The position numbers and the translations under genes are program-made. From Felis catus (Eukaryota), in the NCBI RefSeq assembly GCF_018350175.1, contig NC_058369.1:3846001-3910000 (forward strand): 64,000 nt of DNA, in the 5' to 3' direction. Of the stretch, positions 46,401-59,100 are shown one piece after another (within the stretch, counting starts at the first letter, position 1; each line of letters starts with the position of its first letter). The notes under the pieces were generated by a model. That model did no database searches. It was given only the letters and a program-made list of their open reading frames with translations, and was not told the DNA's origin.

Positions 46401-49400
46401 GGGTCCAGGCGGGTTATAAGGGGACCACACCAGCCTTGGTCCTCAGCATGCTCCAGCTGGCTCTTGTTTCCAGCTCTTCTCGTCACCGAGTAGCCGGGGG
46501 TCCCAGCGGGGGGGACCCGCGTGGGTGAGGGGGTCAGGAGGGTGGGCGGTGGGGGGGTGGCGGGTTGGGGGGGGTGGGTCGCTTCAAACCCCGATTCACA
46601 TGGAAAAACAACTCAAAAACCGTCAAAGCAACCGGGAGACGACCCCTCCCCCAGGCAGGAAGAGGCAGAAACTCAAAAACCAAAAGGGGGTGGGGGTGGG
46701 GGTGGGGGTGGGTTCAGGGGAGAAAGGGTGGGGAGGGGTGAGGGAAAACTCAAAAGTGAGGTGATCTGGTTGTAGCACTAGGTAGGGAACTCAACAGTGT
46801 CAGACATCTCAACGATTCGGCAAGCCGCAGCTCCAAGGGGGGGTGGGGGGTGGAGGGGGGGGGGGAGAGCTCTGCCTGGCATTTTGGGGTCAGAGAAGCC
46901 ACCGGGTTACTCCTCCAGACTCCAAAATGAGGGCGCGGGTGGGGAGGGTGGGGGGAGAGATGCCAAGAAGTGTTGCAGCCTCCACGGGTTTACCGAAGCT
47001 TAGATTACACCTGTCCGGGGAAGGGAGGGGGGTCCGAGTCTCATCGAGTCCAAAGCCGTTTCTCAGCCCCTCCGTGGAACCCCAGCCTGTGGCCCGGGGA
47101 GCGGGGGTGCTGCCCCGTGGCCTGCCTTGGGCGTCTGTCTGCTCCTGCCCCCTTTGCACAGCCCTGCCTCCTCCCTCCCACCACCAGCTCCCTCCGCCAT
47201 CGAGATAGCGTGCAAGGCCCGGAGGGACCTGGCTGGACCCCGGCCCACGGGCTGACCAGCGGCCTCGGCAAGTTGTGAAGCATTTTTAGCTGGATGTTTT
47301 GCTGTACTGCAGACATTGATCTTCCTTTTTTTGGTGCCCTCTCTCTCTCTCTCTCTCTCTGTCCCCACTTATTATTTTTTTTTTTTAATTTTTTTGTTTG
47401 GTTCCAGCAGAAAATGGGTGGACATCTTGCCAATGGAATGACTTCCTTGCCACCCCTCGCTGCGACCGCCAGAGACGCAGGACTTTCCAGACGACAAGGT
47501 GTAATCTAATATTCCCCTCACTCCCCCCCCCCCGCCCCCCAACCGCCAAAACAGAGGAAACAGCGATGCAAAGGGTGTGAGGCAGGCAGCAGGCGAGAGG
47601 TTCGAGAGCTCAGTGTTCCTGCGGAACGCCCCCTCCCTGCCGCCCGCCAAGCCCAAACAGAGGAAGCCTGCCTCCCCACCCTGGCGCCCCCTCTCCCCTG
47701 GGGATGAGGGTGGGATGAGAAGGGCTGGTCCTGTCGGGGTCAGGTCAGGGGCCTCGGGGGCAGGGTAGGGGGAGGCACGGCCAGGCGTGATCAGCAGGGA
47801 CCAGGAAACTCAACAACACGCCCCAACGGGAATCTTTCTGGAGATACGGGGATTTCAGGGGGCTTCCAGACCCAGTATCTGTATCTACTCCTGTTTCAGG
47901 GGGGCCGGGGGGGGGGGAAGATCCAGGAGGTAAGGACAACACCTAGGCGTCATATCCACCAATGACACGGCTTGGGTGCCAGAAATTTAACCTGAAGAAC
48001 AACCTGTCCCAAAAAATTCCATGCTATGGTTTGATCTGCAAAGGCCTGGGGACGGGTCACAGAGTTCTGAAGAACAGGAGAAATCGGGGCAATCCAGACC
48101 CCCCACGGGCACTGGGCATCGAGTCCTAGTTTCTCAGCTCAGCATTCGAGACCTGTCATTAAATTATCCCAGCCCCATCTGACTTCCTCCCAAACCCTAA
48201 AGATACCCTGAGTGCCTGGACGGTGAGCCGATCTTCCCCAAGAGGGCTCTCCCCGCAAGCTCTCACGACACCAGGAGGGTGGCACACCATTTAACTGGGT
48301 CCCGTGCACCGTGGGTTCGATGAACCAAGCGCTAAAGACACCACCTTTGGCCACTGAGCGATCCCTTGAAGCCTGATGTTAAAGAGACAGCAAGAAAATT
48401 CACAGCCAGAGAGAATGTCATCTGATCACCTCGCCGCCTTGTCAAAAACCTAAGCGGCGGCTCTCCCTAGGGGGGTTCTGGAAGGGGCACGCTGGCTGTA
48501 TTAAAAAAAGAAAAGACGGGGGCTTGGTTTGGATTTGGGCCTTTGTATCTCAGAGATCCATTTCAAGAGGAGAAGGACGTGGTCTGAACATCCCGCCCCC
48601 GGAACCACCGAGGGTCAGCAGAAGCGGGCTAACTATGAATGGGAGTTAGGCCTGGGGGGAGAGAATCCTTGCAGCTAGCTCTGCACTGGCAACAATGTAA
48701 AGGGAAAGGCACCGGTGAAAAATGACATCTGAGCACATGAACTGGCTTCTGCCCTACAAGTCGTTTCAAAGCGGTTTACCACGGCCGTCTTACCCAAACA
48801 GCGGACCTGTGAAGTAAGTACCTGGTGGGGCACGTGGGGTCCCCGAGGAAGGAAAGGGACTTGCTCAGATCGTACTGGAGCATTTAATTAGCTCAACGGG
48901 ACTCTTCTGCCAACTACCGTGCGAGCCGGTGCAGGAAGGATCCTTCCGGTTCAGATCAATGGGACCCCAAGCGATCAGGTGACTGGCCCGAGGTCACACA
49001 GTCAGGGAGGGGCAGAGGCAGGCTTTGGATCCAGGTTGGCCGGAGCCCAAGACCCTCTGCCGCCCCTCGGTTTGAATTCACCGGGACCCAGCTTTGGTGG
49101 GGGCGCTGGGAAACCCGCTCCTCTGAGGGTCGGCCGGGTAGCGCTCGCACTGGGTTAAAAAGGAGACAGGAGAAACGAATCTCCTCTCACTGCATCTGAG
49201 GTCCTCTGGCCAACTTGGCCAAGGGGAGGGACAAGAGGGGAAAAACCGGTGACCCCAACAGGCTGGCCTCTTCTCTCAACTTCCACTTATGTTGTTGGGT
49301 AGGCAGCTGGGGGTGGGGGGGGGCAGGGGCTAGAAATCTAAATCGAGTTTTTATTTGGGGCTGGGGTAGCGTTCTCAAGGGCTTGCCTTTCTTTAGGGAG

Positions 49401-51064
49401 GGAGCAGACAGGAGTGTGCATCTCTGAAGGTTTGCAGGAGTGAGAGAGACTGGGGGAGGCAGAGACAGAGAGAGAGAGAAAGAGAGAGAGACAGAAAGAG
49501 AGAGAGGGAGATGCAGGCAGTGGGAGAGCAGGGGAGGCAGAGGGGGAGGGGGAGAGGCTATGTCCAAAGTTCCCCTGGGATTCTCCAGAATTCCACAGTT
49601 CTGATGCTCAGGTACTCAGAAAGTGACCGTGCTGTGTTGCTAGACAAGACGTCTGTGACTGGGCCCAGAGCCGGGGGGGGGGGGGGGGGGGTAGGTATGG
49701 AGGAAGCGGCCAACACCGCCTGGGAGGCGGAGGCATAGCACTGAAGGGTGGGGGGTGGGGGGGGATAAGCGGCCAAGTATTTCTTCCAAAGTCGGTCACA
49801 CTACACCTGCTGACAGGCAGTTTTGTACTCGTGCCCAGCCAGGATGGGAACGTCATCACACAGCTGCCATCCTGAGCGCTGCCTACGTGCCAAGCGCGCA
49901 TCGCTTCGGGGGAACGCTCCAGTTTAAGGTAGCCACTCCTCACATTTGGACTGCCGCCACGTGGATCTCAAAATGCTGGCTGCCCATTTAGCTGTGCTTC
50001 AAAGGCCCGCCTTCTGGGTTGTCTGGGAGAGCGGGGAGGTGGTCTCACGCCGAGGCAGAAAGACGGGAACGTGCCTGCTTAAGCCCCCTTCCGACGTGGC
50101 TGCGGTGTGGGGCTGAGGGCGCCAGCTCTGGGTAAAAGGGGGCTGTCCAGCGAGGGCAGGCAAGCCGGGCTGCTCTCCTCACACACCCCCAGCATCTATT
50201 ATGCCACCTCCCTTGTGCCCCTTGAGCCCGGGCGGTCACTTTCTGCCCCAGCATCCCAGCTGTGGGACCCCGACCCGCCCTCCTGGATGGTAGCTGGGAC
50301 AGGAACACTGGCTTTTAAATCACAATGCGTTTGGGGAACAACCACAGAACAGCTCAGCCCAAGAAACCGAAACCAAATAGCACGGAAACACGAGACAGAA
50401 CCAAAGACGAAACGCTTCGGGGGAAGAAGGGGACGGGGCGAACGGGGATGGGAGGGGGAAAAAAAAACGAACGGGTCGGTTTTTTCCCCCCCAAGAACAA
50501 AACAAAACCCAAATCATAGTAATAATACTTAAATAAAAGGAAAGAAAGAAAATACGAAAAAAAACAAAGGAGAAAGAAAACAGAACAGGAGACGAGAAAC
50601 ACTCCAACAGAAGGCGCTGGGAATTCACCAAACCGACAAGAGTGGCATGCAGAGAAATTTTTACATTCTCCCAGCATGCATCAGGCCCAAGTTACCATGA
50701 CGACGAGGGGTGCAAAAAACTTAGCAACAACATTACCAACGGATGCATAGAGGCGACCACAATGCAAGCATCGCATGTGTGCGGCCGGCCCTAGGCCGGG
50801 CTGGGCGCGGCTGAGATTTTCGTGTCTTTCTGGGTTTTTGCTCTCGCTTGGCGGTTTTTTTTTGTTTTGTTTTGTTTTGTTTTGTCCGCTTTGCGCTTAC
50901 GATTCGTTATTCCGTCTTTCTCGTTTTGTCTGCGTGTGTCCGTGTGCGTGTCTGTGTGTGCGCGCGCGCGGGTGCGTGTCTGTGTGCGTTTCGTGTGTGT
51001 GCGTGTCACGTTCGGAATGTAAAAATGTGGGTAAAGAAAGTAAAAAAGAAAAAAACACACCAAC

Positions 51065-51076
51065 CTTCTCGAAGCT
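51065..51076 (-). CDS. PTPRS: PTPRS microexon meB (12 nt; ELRE, Ig2-Ig3 linker)
   Basis: ccctcag|AGCTTCGAGAAG|gttggt; phase 1-1. Confidence 0.92.
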
Positions 51077-52968
51077 CTGAGGGATGTAAAGGGGGTTTGA
51101 TGCAGAACACAATGACATGGGGAGGAGAGAAAAAATAGGGGAGATACAGAGAGTAAAAAGAGGACTTCTCAAGGCTAAAAGCTGCACGTTTGTTGTTTTT
51201 TCTTTAAACCAAAAAGAAAAATTAAAATTAAAAAATAAAAACGAACAGCAATGAGACCTTTTTTCCTTTGCTCCACATATAAGATCTACATTTGTCCTCC
51301 ACGATTCTCTTTTTTTTTCCTTTTTTTTTTTTTTTTTTTTTAAATTCAATTCGGGAGCGTCTGAGACCCAGGCAGAGATTGGGAGGCTGGACCCCCAAAA
51401 GATCGGAGGCTCATGCTGGGGACCCCACCTCCAGGGGGCTGAGGACGCGGGGGTCCCCCTCCCTCGTCGCACCCTCGCTAGAGGCCGCCCCCCCGCCCCC
51501 CCCACCCCGCCCCATGCCTGTTGTCCACGCTGTCCTTAAACGCTGCCAGACTTACAAACCCCCATCCCAGGTGTTTGCAGAGAAATAAGCAGGTTAGACG
51601 AAGACCAGTCAGTTGGAGTCGTGGACGCGCCATACAACTCACCAGAGGTGCCGTGGCAGAGTGGGTCGGTGGGTCACCCTGCCCAACCTCGCGCCCACGG
51701 CCCCCGCTCCCGCCCCCCGCGCGGCCTCCTCCTCGGGGACAAGACGTAACCCCCCAGGTGCATAACCAAGGAGCTGCTTCGGGGCCAGTGGGGGGCTGTG
51801 CCCGATGGGGACCAAGGTCGGGGGAGGGGAGGGGGGAGCACCCAGCCTCCCGGCTGGAGAACGCCGGGCGCTTGGTGCCTCAATCGGGGGAAACCGAGGC
51901 CCGGAGAGGTGTGGGCGCGGCCACGCCTGCAGAGCCAATCGGGGCCGCCCCCGGGGTTTGAACGGGGGGGGGGGGGGGGGCCTGTTTGCCGGCAGAAGCG
52001 GCTGTTTCTAGAAACCACGGATCGGATCAGAAACAGCCACCGGGAGGCGGGAAAGGGAGGACGGCAAACGGTGGAGGAGGAAGCGGATTAAAATTTCTGG
52101 AAGAACGGAAGAGACCCAGCGCGGGGATAAGAGGAGGGGCGGACGACGGAGGCCCCCGGGGACAAGGGGAGCACCCCCCCCCACCCCGGCGCCTCTGAGG
52201 GCACCCCAAGGGGCCCAGGGGGAAGTCCGCGCAGACGCCCCCCGCGGCCTCCTTGGGTGGGGGCGGGGCGCTGGGGGGGGCGGGGCGTGCCTGCGTGGCC
52301 CTGGCCTCGCTCGGGCAGAAACGCGTCCTTCCCCGGGGCAACTAGGGGACGAAGGGCACCAGGCTCTGGGACGGCCGCAGGTGCAGGGACCGGCGAGGGG
52401 GCGGGGCCTCAGAGACCCCTCCCCGGCTCTTGGATGGAGGGCGCTGGGGGGGGGGGGGGGGCGCGGGGCGGGCGGGGTGTGAAGGGGTGGGGGCTACGAG
52501 AGGCCACGGAGTCTGGAGAAGCAAAGCGAGCACACAGCAGAGGGCAGGCACGATACACCACAGAAGCCGACTCGGGTGGGCGGGCAGGCGGGCGGGGCGG
52601 GGCAGAGGCCTCCAGGCTCCCCTGGCCCCGTGGGCCCGAGACCGACCCCCCGGCCCTGCCCCGTTCCCTCCTGCCTCCCCACCAGGTCCTGCCGCCCACG
52701 GGGTGTGCGTCACCGGCACGGGGGTGGGGGGGGTTTCGCTGCCCCCCCCCTTGCGTCTGACAGGTAAGGAAACTGAGGCCCAGAGAGGGATGCCCCCCTC
52801 ACCCGAGGTCCTGCCGTGACCAGGGGGTACAGCGGTGGTGGTGGGGGCGGGGGCCCTCCTGCTCGGGTCTGCAGGGAACAGGGGAGCCCGGAGGCTGTGA
52901 GCCCAAGGAGGGAAGGGGAACAGGACAGGACGGGTCCCTGCCTTCGACCTGGATACGGCGTTCCCTAC

Positions 52969-53079
52969 CTCGCACGTAGAGGTTGGCGGGTGAGGAGTAG
53001 CGCACGCCAGCGCTGTTGGTGGCCACGCACTCGTATTTGCCTTGGTCCGTCTCCTCACTGCTCTCGATCTGCAGGGCCC
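52969..53079 (-). CDS. PTPRS: PTPRS exon (111 nt), Ig2 C-half: [37 protein letters not shown]
   Basis: CAG acceptor 53082-53080, GTAGG donor 52968. Confidence 0.96.
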
Positions 53080-53399
53080 CTGCGGGGAGAGGGGAGAAAG
53101 CCCGGCCAGTCAGGGCAGGCCCGGGCCTGGGCTGGGCGGGCCGTCCCAGAGCCCCGTCCGGCCCCTCTCTTGGTCTGTCTGGGCCACAGAGGCAGACAAA
53201 AGACAGGAGTTAGCCTAGAAACCCTGGGGGGGTGGGGGTGCAGAGGTGGGGGCCTCACCTGGCTCATCTCCCCCCACCCCGAGCCTAGCCCAACACCAGC
53301 CTGAACACACTGCGCTCTCCTGCAAACCTCCCCTTCTGTGAAAGCGGGCGGACGCGGGGCAGCGACCGCCGCCTCCAACTAGGACGCCGGGGAGGTCCG

Positions 53400-54700
53400 G
53401 GTCACGGAGGTGTGTTTGCAAGAGCGCGGAGTGAGGCGCTCCAGGCAGAGGGTGGGGGAGACTGAGCTGGCGTTCACAACCCACAGCAGTCGTCTGAAAG
53501 ACCCTGGGGCCGAAGGGGCGGCCACAGGGTATGTGCACGTTCGTTCGGGAAGCTGCGGCTTGCTCTGTTGGTTCAGGCAGTGCCCATGAGTAAACGAACA
53601 TGGGTCTGGGTTCCTCCAGTGTGTTTGAAACGGCAGGTCCCAAAGCCTGCCGCGCCCGTAAACAGAGACGAGGCTGCACTGGACGCTTAGGACTGGGTTG
53701 CCTCTCGCATCAGCTGAGGGAAAGGCTGTTGACACTGATCCACATCAAGTATGTTTGAAATCAAAAAGCCTCGCTCCAAAGCCTCCCGTCCCTGAAACTG
53801 ATTAAAAAGGAGCTTGAATCTTCCCCGCGGTTGGATTCCCCCAAATAAATCTCAGAACCACAGGCCTGGGTTCAGGACCCTGGTGCTGATGGGTAATGAA
53901 GCGAACTTCCTCAAGTGTGTTTGCATGTACGGTCCCAGGGCCATGGCCGTCGTACGCGTGGGCTAAAACGGGAAACTTTTCAAGTGTCTGAAATCAGAGG
54001 TCTGAATGAAAAACCTAATGCCCACCAACTGAGGCTGCAACGCCACACGTGTGTTTGAAAACCACCAGCCAGGATCAAAGAATCTGTGGGTTGTGAGTGA
54101 ATAAAAGTTTAAAGAAGAAGCCAATTCTCAAGCATATTGAACATCACAGGCCCAAACTAAAGGTCTTGATGCCTTATGAGGGTTCGAAAATGCGGCTGAT
54201 TTCCCCTATGTTTGAAACCACAGGCCCAGATCAAACACCTAGCTCCCCGTCAATATATAAAAATGAACGCCAACTGCTCAGGAACATACGAAAGCCCGGG
54301 CCTCGATCAAACACTACAGTGCCCATGAGTAAATGAGAATGAGGCTAACGTTTCCTCCAAGGATATCTGAAAACCCAAGTCTGGAACAAATGCTCATTGT
54401 CACAAGTAAATGAAGCTGCCCTAACATCTTTACGCTTAAAATCGCAGACCTCAGTAAAATACTTGAACGCCCAGGAGTAATTAAAAACGAGGCAAAGGTT
54501 TCCACAAGTATGTTTGAAATCTAAGGCCTGGATCAAAGTTTCCGTTTTCATAACTAAACAAAACTGAGTGGACATCTCTACGTGTGTCTGAATCACAGGC
54601 CTGGACCCAAATGCTTCTTGGCCACGAGTGAACGAATGAAAGACGAAAAGAGTTATCTCCGGGTGCGTCTGAATCACAGGCATCAGCGTTCTTGGCACCA
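53400..54700. repeat. Highly degenerate tandem array, ~75-bp period
   Basis: Recurrent CAAGTRTGTTTGAAA-like ... CACAGGCC ... GAGTAAAYGA blocks. Confidence 0.65.
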
Positions 54701-55499
54701 AGAGTCCAACAATCCAGTCCAAGCTCCCCCAGAAGACCCCTCCGCCCAACTGTGTTCGCGGTTGTCTCACGGAAATGATGTGTGCCCACAAATCAGGACC
54801 CCAGATTAGTTTCTTTGGGGGCTGTGGATACAGAATCTTCTCCCATTTCACACTTCCTACTTTCCCCCAACCTCAAGCCTCTGGGGAGGCAGGCAGGCAG
54901 GTTACTGTGCAGGCCCAGAGAGGGCAGGGAGCCTACTCTAGGTCACACAGCATTTCGTGGCAAAGCGAGGACCAGACACTGACGCTTCCCTAGGGCTCCG
55001 ACCCAGGCCCATTCTAGTCCGTTCTAGTCAGCACTTGGGGGTGGGGTGGGGGGCTTAGCCTTTGAGACTGACGGTCTCTCTGCTCCCTCGGGCTGGACCC
55101 TCCTCTCAGAAGGAGCTGTGGAGCCAGAAGGCCCCCTCTGCGTGCTCGTTTTAGAGAAGGGAAGACTGAGGCTGAAGACAGACGAGGTCTGTGTACAGAG
55201 CAGCGATAAGAAACTGGCCCCCAGAGCTCTGGGGGAGGACACGGGAGGCATGGCCCCTTCCTGAGGAGACAGCCCCTTCCCTGCAGCCAAGTGGCCTGGA
55301 GGGGCCTCCGTGGGCCACACTCGGCCCCACAGCGACACACAGCGACACAGACACAGAGACTGGACAGACACTGGGCGGGGCGGCAAGGGGTAGATACGTG
55401 GGAGGGGCCTGGGTGCAGCCCCCCGCGGAGCCTGAGGGGCTGGGTGGGCAGCGAGAGAGCGCGTGAGTGGGTGGAGGGGGTAAGGAAAGAGCCTCTTAC

Positions 55500-55517
55500 C
55501 TCGGATCGGAGTGCTTT
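55500..55517 (-). CDS. PTPRS: PTPRS microexon meA6 (18 nt; ESTPIR)
   Basis: cttcccttacag|AAAGCACTCCGATCCGAG|gtaag; phase 1-1. Confidence 0.92.
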
Positions 55518-56126
55518 CTGTAAGGGAAGCAGAGAGAGTCAGGTGAATTTCAGAAGGTGGTCCTCGGGGGCCGGGGGGCCCCAGGGAGGCCAGGCGGGGC
55601 CACAAGCCAGGCCTGTCCACTCTGCCCCCAGGGGCGTGGGGGACTGAGCCAGCCCTGAGCCTCTGGACCCTGCAGGCCTTGCCAAGAAGTCGAGGCCAGG
55701 CTCCTGGGAGCAGAGCTGGATCTGAGGGCTTGTGAGTCAGGAAGACTTCCTGTAGGAGGTGGAAATCTCCTGCGTCTAGAAACCCCTCTAGACTGGTATT
55801 AGGGCTGGAGTCCCTACGGCCCGGCCTGGGCCCAGGCAGGGAGGTCACGGACCTCCCTTCCTTCTTTCCTTCTGAAGAGGGACAGGGAGCGAGGGGGGAC
55901 TTGGGAATCTTGTTAGCGACAGGGGGAGAGGGGTTAGTGCCCCAGGGCTGGGCGTTAATAGAGCAAAGGGAAGGCATTTCAGACAGGCTGAGTAATGGGG
56001 ACAGGGAAGGGCAGCGAAAGGGGACAGAGGGCAGAGGGAGGGCCCTACGGCCTCCTCAACTTCCAAAAGGAAAAGAGGAAAGGGCCATTGGCTTGTTCAC
56101 CCGGGCGCCGGGGGCAGGCGCGACTC

Positions 56127-56129
<3 letters not shown>

Positions 56130-56182
<53 letters not shown>
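56130..56182. repeat. (CA)n microsatellite between meA3 and meA6
   Basis: Visible directly. Confidence 0.95.
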
Positions 56183-56187
<5 letters not shown>

Positions 56188-57192
56188 CGGTCCTGGGCTA
56201 GAGTTACATTCTGGGCCAAATCTTCCCGGGAGAGATCCAGCCGCCTTCCTGCTGGTGGATAGCTGATAACCCCAGGAACAAGGGGACCCCAGGCCGGGGC
56301 AGAGAGGCTCGCGGGACAGAACGCTGGCCCCTCCCACGTGGCACGGGCACACGGGCGGACGGATGGACAGACGGGCCAACCGAAGCCCAGAGGGTGGGCT
56401 GGGTGCTTTGAACCCAGCGCCCCAGCCTCCTAGGCCTCTGGATGATCTCTTACAAGATCCTCAACCCGACGAGGCCCCTTTCTCCTCGCTACCTGGGAGC
56501 AAATGGGAATCAGCCTCGGGTTGATGGGGGTCCAGAGGCCAAACAGCGAGACCTCCCGGGACGGCCAAGCAGCCCACGGCCGCTGTATCGGAAGGAAAGG
56601 ACAGACCTCGCAGGTATGAAAAGGTGGCTCTGCTTCTGACCCTGAGGAAGAGGAGAAGGAACTTTCCCGGGCCAACATCAGTCACTCCCACGGTTGGTTC
56701 AGGGGATTCAGGCTGGGTGTTGGGAAAGGAAGTGCCTGGTGCTAGAAAACTCCTCCTCCGTCCCCTGCCCGTGTCCCAGCTCCCAAAACTTCTGTCACTT
56801 TATCATTTTCCAGCCGTGTCAAGGCTGCGGGGCTGTGCGGTGCAAAAGTCCCCTGACCCTAGGATTCCCTTCATCTTCCCCTTAGCCTCCGATCTGGGGT
56901 CTGAACGGCCCCTTGTGGCCTTGTGGGGTTTTTTTTGTTTTTCCTCTTTTCCTTTTGGGCTCCTCTCTCTGCAACCCCCTGCTGCCTGATTGGGGAGGGC
57001 TGGGCGGCCGGTGGGGGACGGACAGATGGACGGGAGGGGGGGGGGAGGGTCGTTAGTAAACATGCCACGTGGAGCGGGTCACAGTTACTGTCACAGTGGC
57101 TGTTAGTCTGGGGGAGGAGGGGGGGCGGGGGAGGGGTGGGGACGACGAGGGCGCGGCGTTAGTCGTTGACGCGGTGAAGAGACAGGACTTAC

Positions 57193-57201
57193 CAAAGGTT
57201 T
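57193..57201 (-). CDS. PTPRS: PTPRS microexon meA3 (9 nt; ETF)
   Basis: ttcag|AAACCTTTG|gtaagt with a pyrimidine tract; phase 1-1; gives ETF of the meA insert ETFESTPIR. Confidence 0.9.
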
Positions 57202-58526
57202 CTGAACGTTTACAACAGAGGGACAAGAAAAGAGAACAGGTACATTAATGGGCGCTCGGCGGACGCCTGAATCCTCTCCGGGGGCGGGGGCGGGGGTGGG
57301 GGCGGGGCCGGGAGGGGAGGGGGGACTGATAATCAGATTTATTCCGATCAATAAAGCAGCTTCTGTTCGCCGAGCACCTAGTACGTGCCAGGAACAGATG
57401 GACCCCTCGGAGGAGGAGGCCACCGGGCAGCGAGTGGGGGCGGCAGGAACAGCCAGGAGGCCTTCAGGGAGGGGTGGCTCAGGGCGGGCTCCTCAGGGGA
57501 AGCCGGGAGAGAAAGCAAAGAGGTGTGCCCCAGCGAGTGTCAGCACGGTGGACCGCAACACACGCGAGCGCACGCCCGCGGGCACGTCCCTACCTCGCGT
57601 CTGCACGCAGGCGGCCTAGGGGCGGGGCCTCGACGTGTGCAGGCGGGGACTCACCCAGCGCGCGCGTGCCCGGGAGGGGGAGTAGCGTGGGTGCACGAGC
57701 AGCCAAGATGCAGGGGGCAAGCCTTGCTCTGGGAGGGCGCGGGTGAGCCCACGCGCGGCTGGCGGGACCTGTGCTCAGTGTTGGCCCGCACTCGGGGTGG
57801 GGGGGGTGGGGGCGGGGGGCAGAAGCCGGTCAGGCCTGCGCCGGGGAGCCCAGACACGCACACGTGGACGCGTCACGAAGCAGGGGGACGAGTGACACGA
57901 CACACACACGGGCCCCCCCTCCCCCGCCCCCCGAGACAGACAGACTCACAGATGGGGCACGTGGGTGCTATGCCGAGGCACAACCGTGGACCAGCCATCC
58001 CAAGGTGGCCGAGGCCCTGGGCTCCGGCCCAGCCGGGGCGGGGACACACAGGCTGGGCTGCCCGTCTGTGTCTCCTCCCCTCCTTACTGCTTCAGTCTTG
58101 GAGATGCTCTCTGCCTGTAGCTCTCTGTGGCTCCCCACTGCCTTACCTGTCTGAGGCCTCCAACGTCCTCCGGAGGGGCTCACGGCCTCAGCACTGGAAA
58201 TACTCACTGGCCCTTGCCTTAGACATCTCCCCTCTCTACTCTGGCCCGGCCGGACCCCGTTCTATCCTCACTGGACACGCCTACGCCTTCGGCAGAGAAG
58301 GCGCTCTCCCTCTACCGCCTCCCGTGCCTCGCCATTATCTTGACGGTCCGTGCCCCGGGATGTACCCAGTGGCACAGAAGACGGCCATCCTCACCATTCC
58401 CCGTGGCTCCCCACACCGCTGCCTTTCCGTCTCCCGTTATAGTCCCCAGGGCTCGGGCCCCAGAGACGCTGCCCTCCCCCTACTGCCCTCTGTGGCTCCC
58501 GCATCCTCCCGGCCACCTGTGCTCAC

Positions 58527-58715
58527 CTGACCGCAGCTGCTTTATGCGCCCGTTGCTGGCGCTGGGGTCCACGGGCAAGAAATCCTTGAACCAGGTGATC
58601 TCGGGGTCGGGGTTGCCGCTAGCAGCACAGAGCATCGTAGCCGTCCGCGTCCGTTCCACCACCTTCAGCTGGGGGCCCATGTCGATGTTGGGGAAACCGG
58701 GGGGCAGCTGGTCCT
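58527..58715 (-). CDS. PTPRS: PTPRS exon (189 nt), Ig2 N-half: [16 protein letters not shown]...GRIKQLRS
   Basis: CAG acceptor 58718-58716, GTGAG donor 58526; lies within ORF 58480..58764. Confidence 0.96.
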
Positions 58716-59100
58716 CTGAGGGTGGGGACAGGGGAAGAACAGGGCGGGGGCCCAGTTGCCGCACGGCCAGCCCTCCAGGGCGGGCTCGGGCGCCGGCAGG
58801 ATCTCGGTCCGGCCCCTGCCTGGCCGGGGGAGCTCCTGTGGCCCGTTTCCTCCTGTGCGACGTGGATCAGCGCCACACGATGGGGGGGGGGGGGAACCAG
58901 GCCAGAGCTTCTCACCCGGGGCGAGTCTGGGGATGTCTGAGCATATTCTGATCGCCACAGCTGGGGCGGGGACCGGGGATGTTTCTCGACACCCCATGAT
59001 GCCCCTGCTGCCCCCCCCAGATGATCCAGCCCCGATGTCAGCACCGCTGATCCTGGGGGTACTTTACAGCAACCAGAGGGAGTTTTAAAAACGTAAACCG

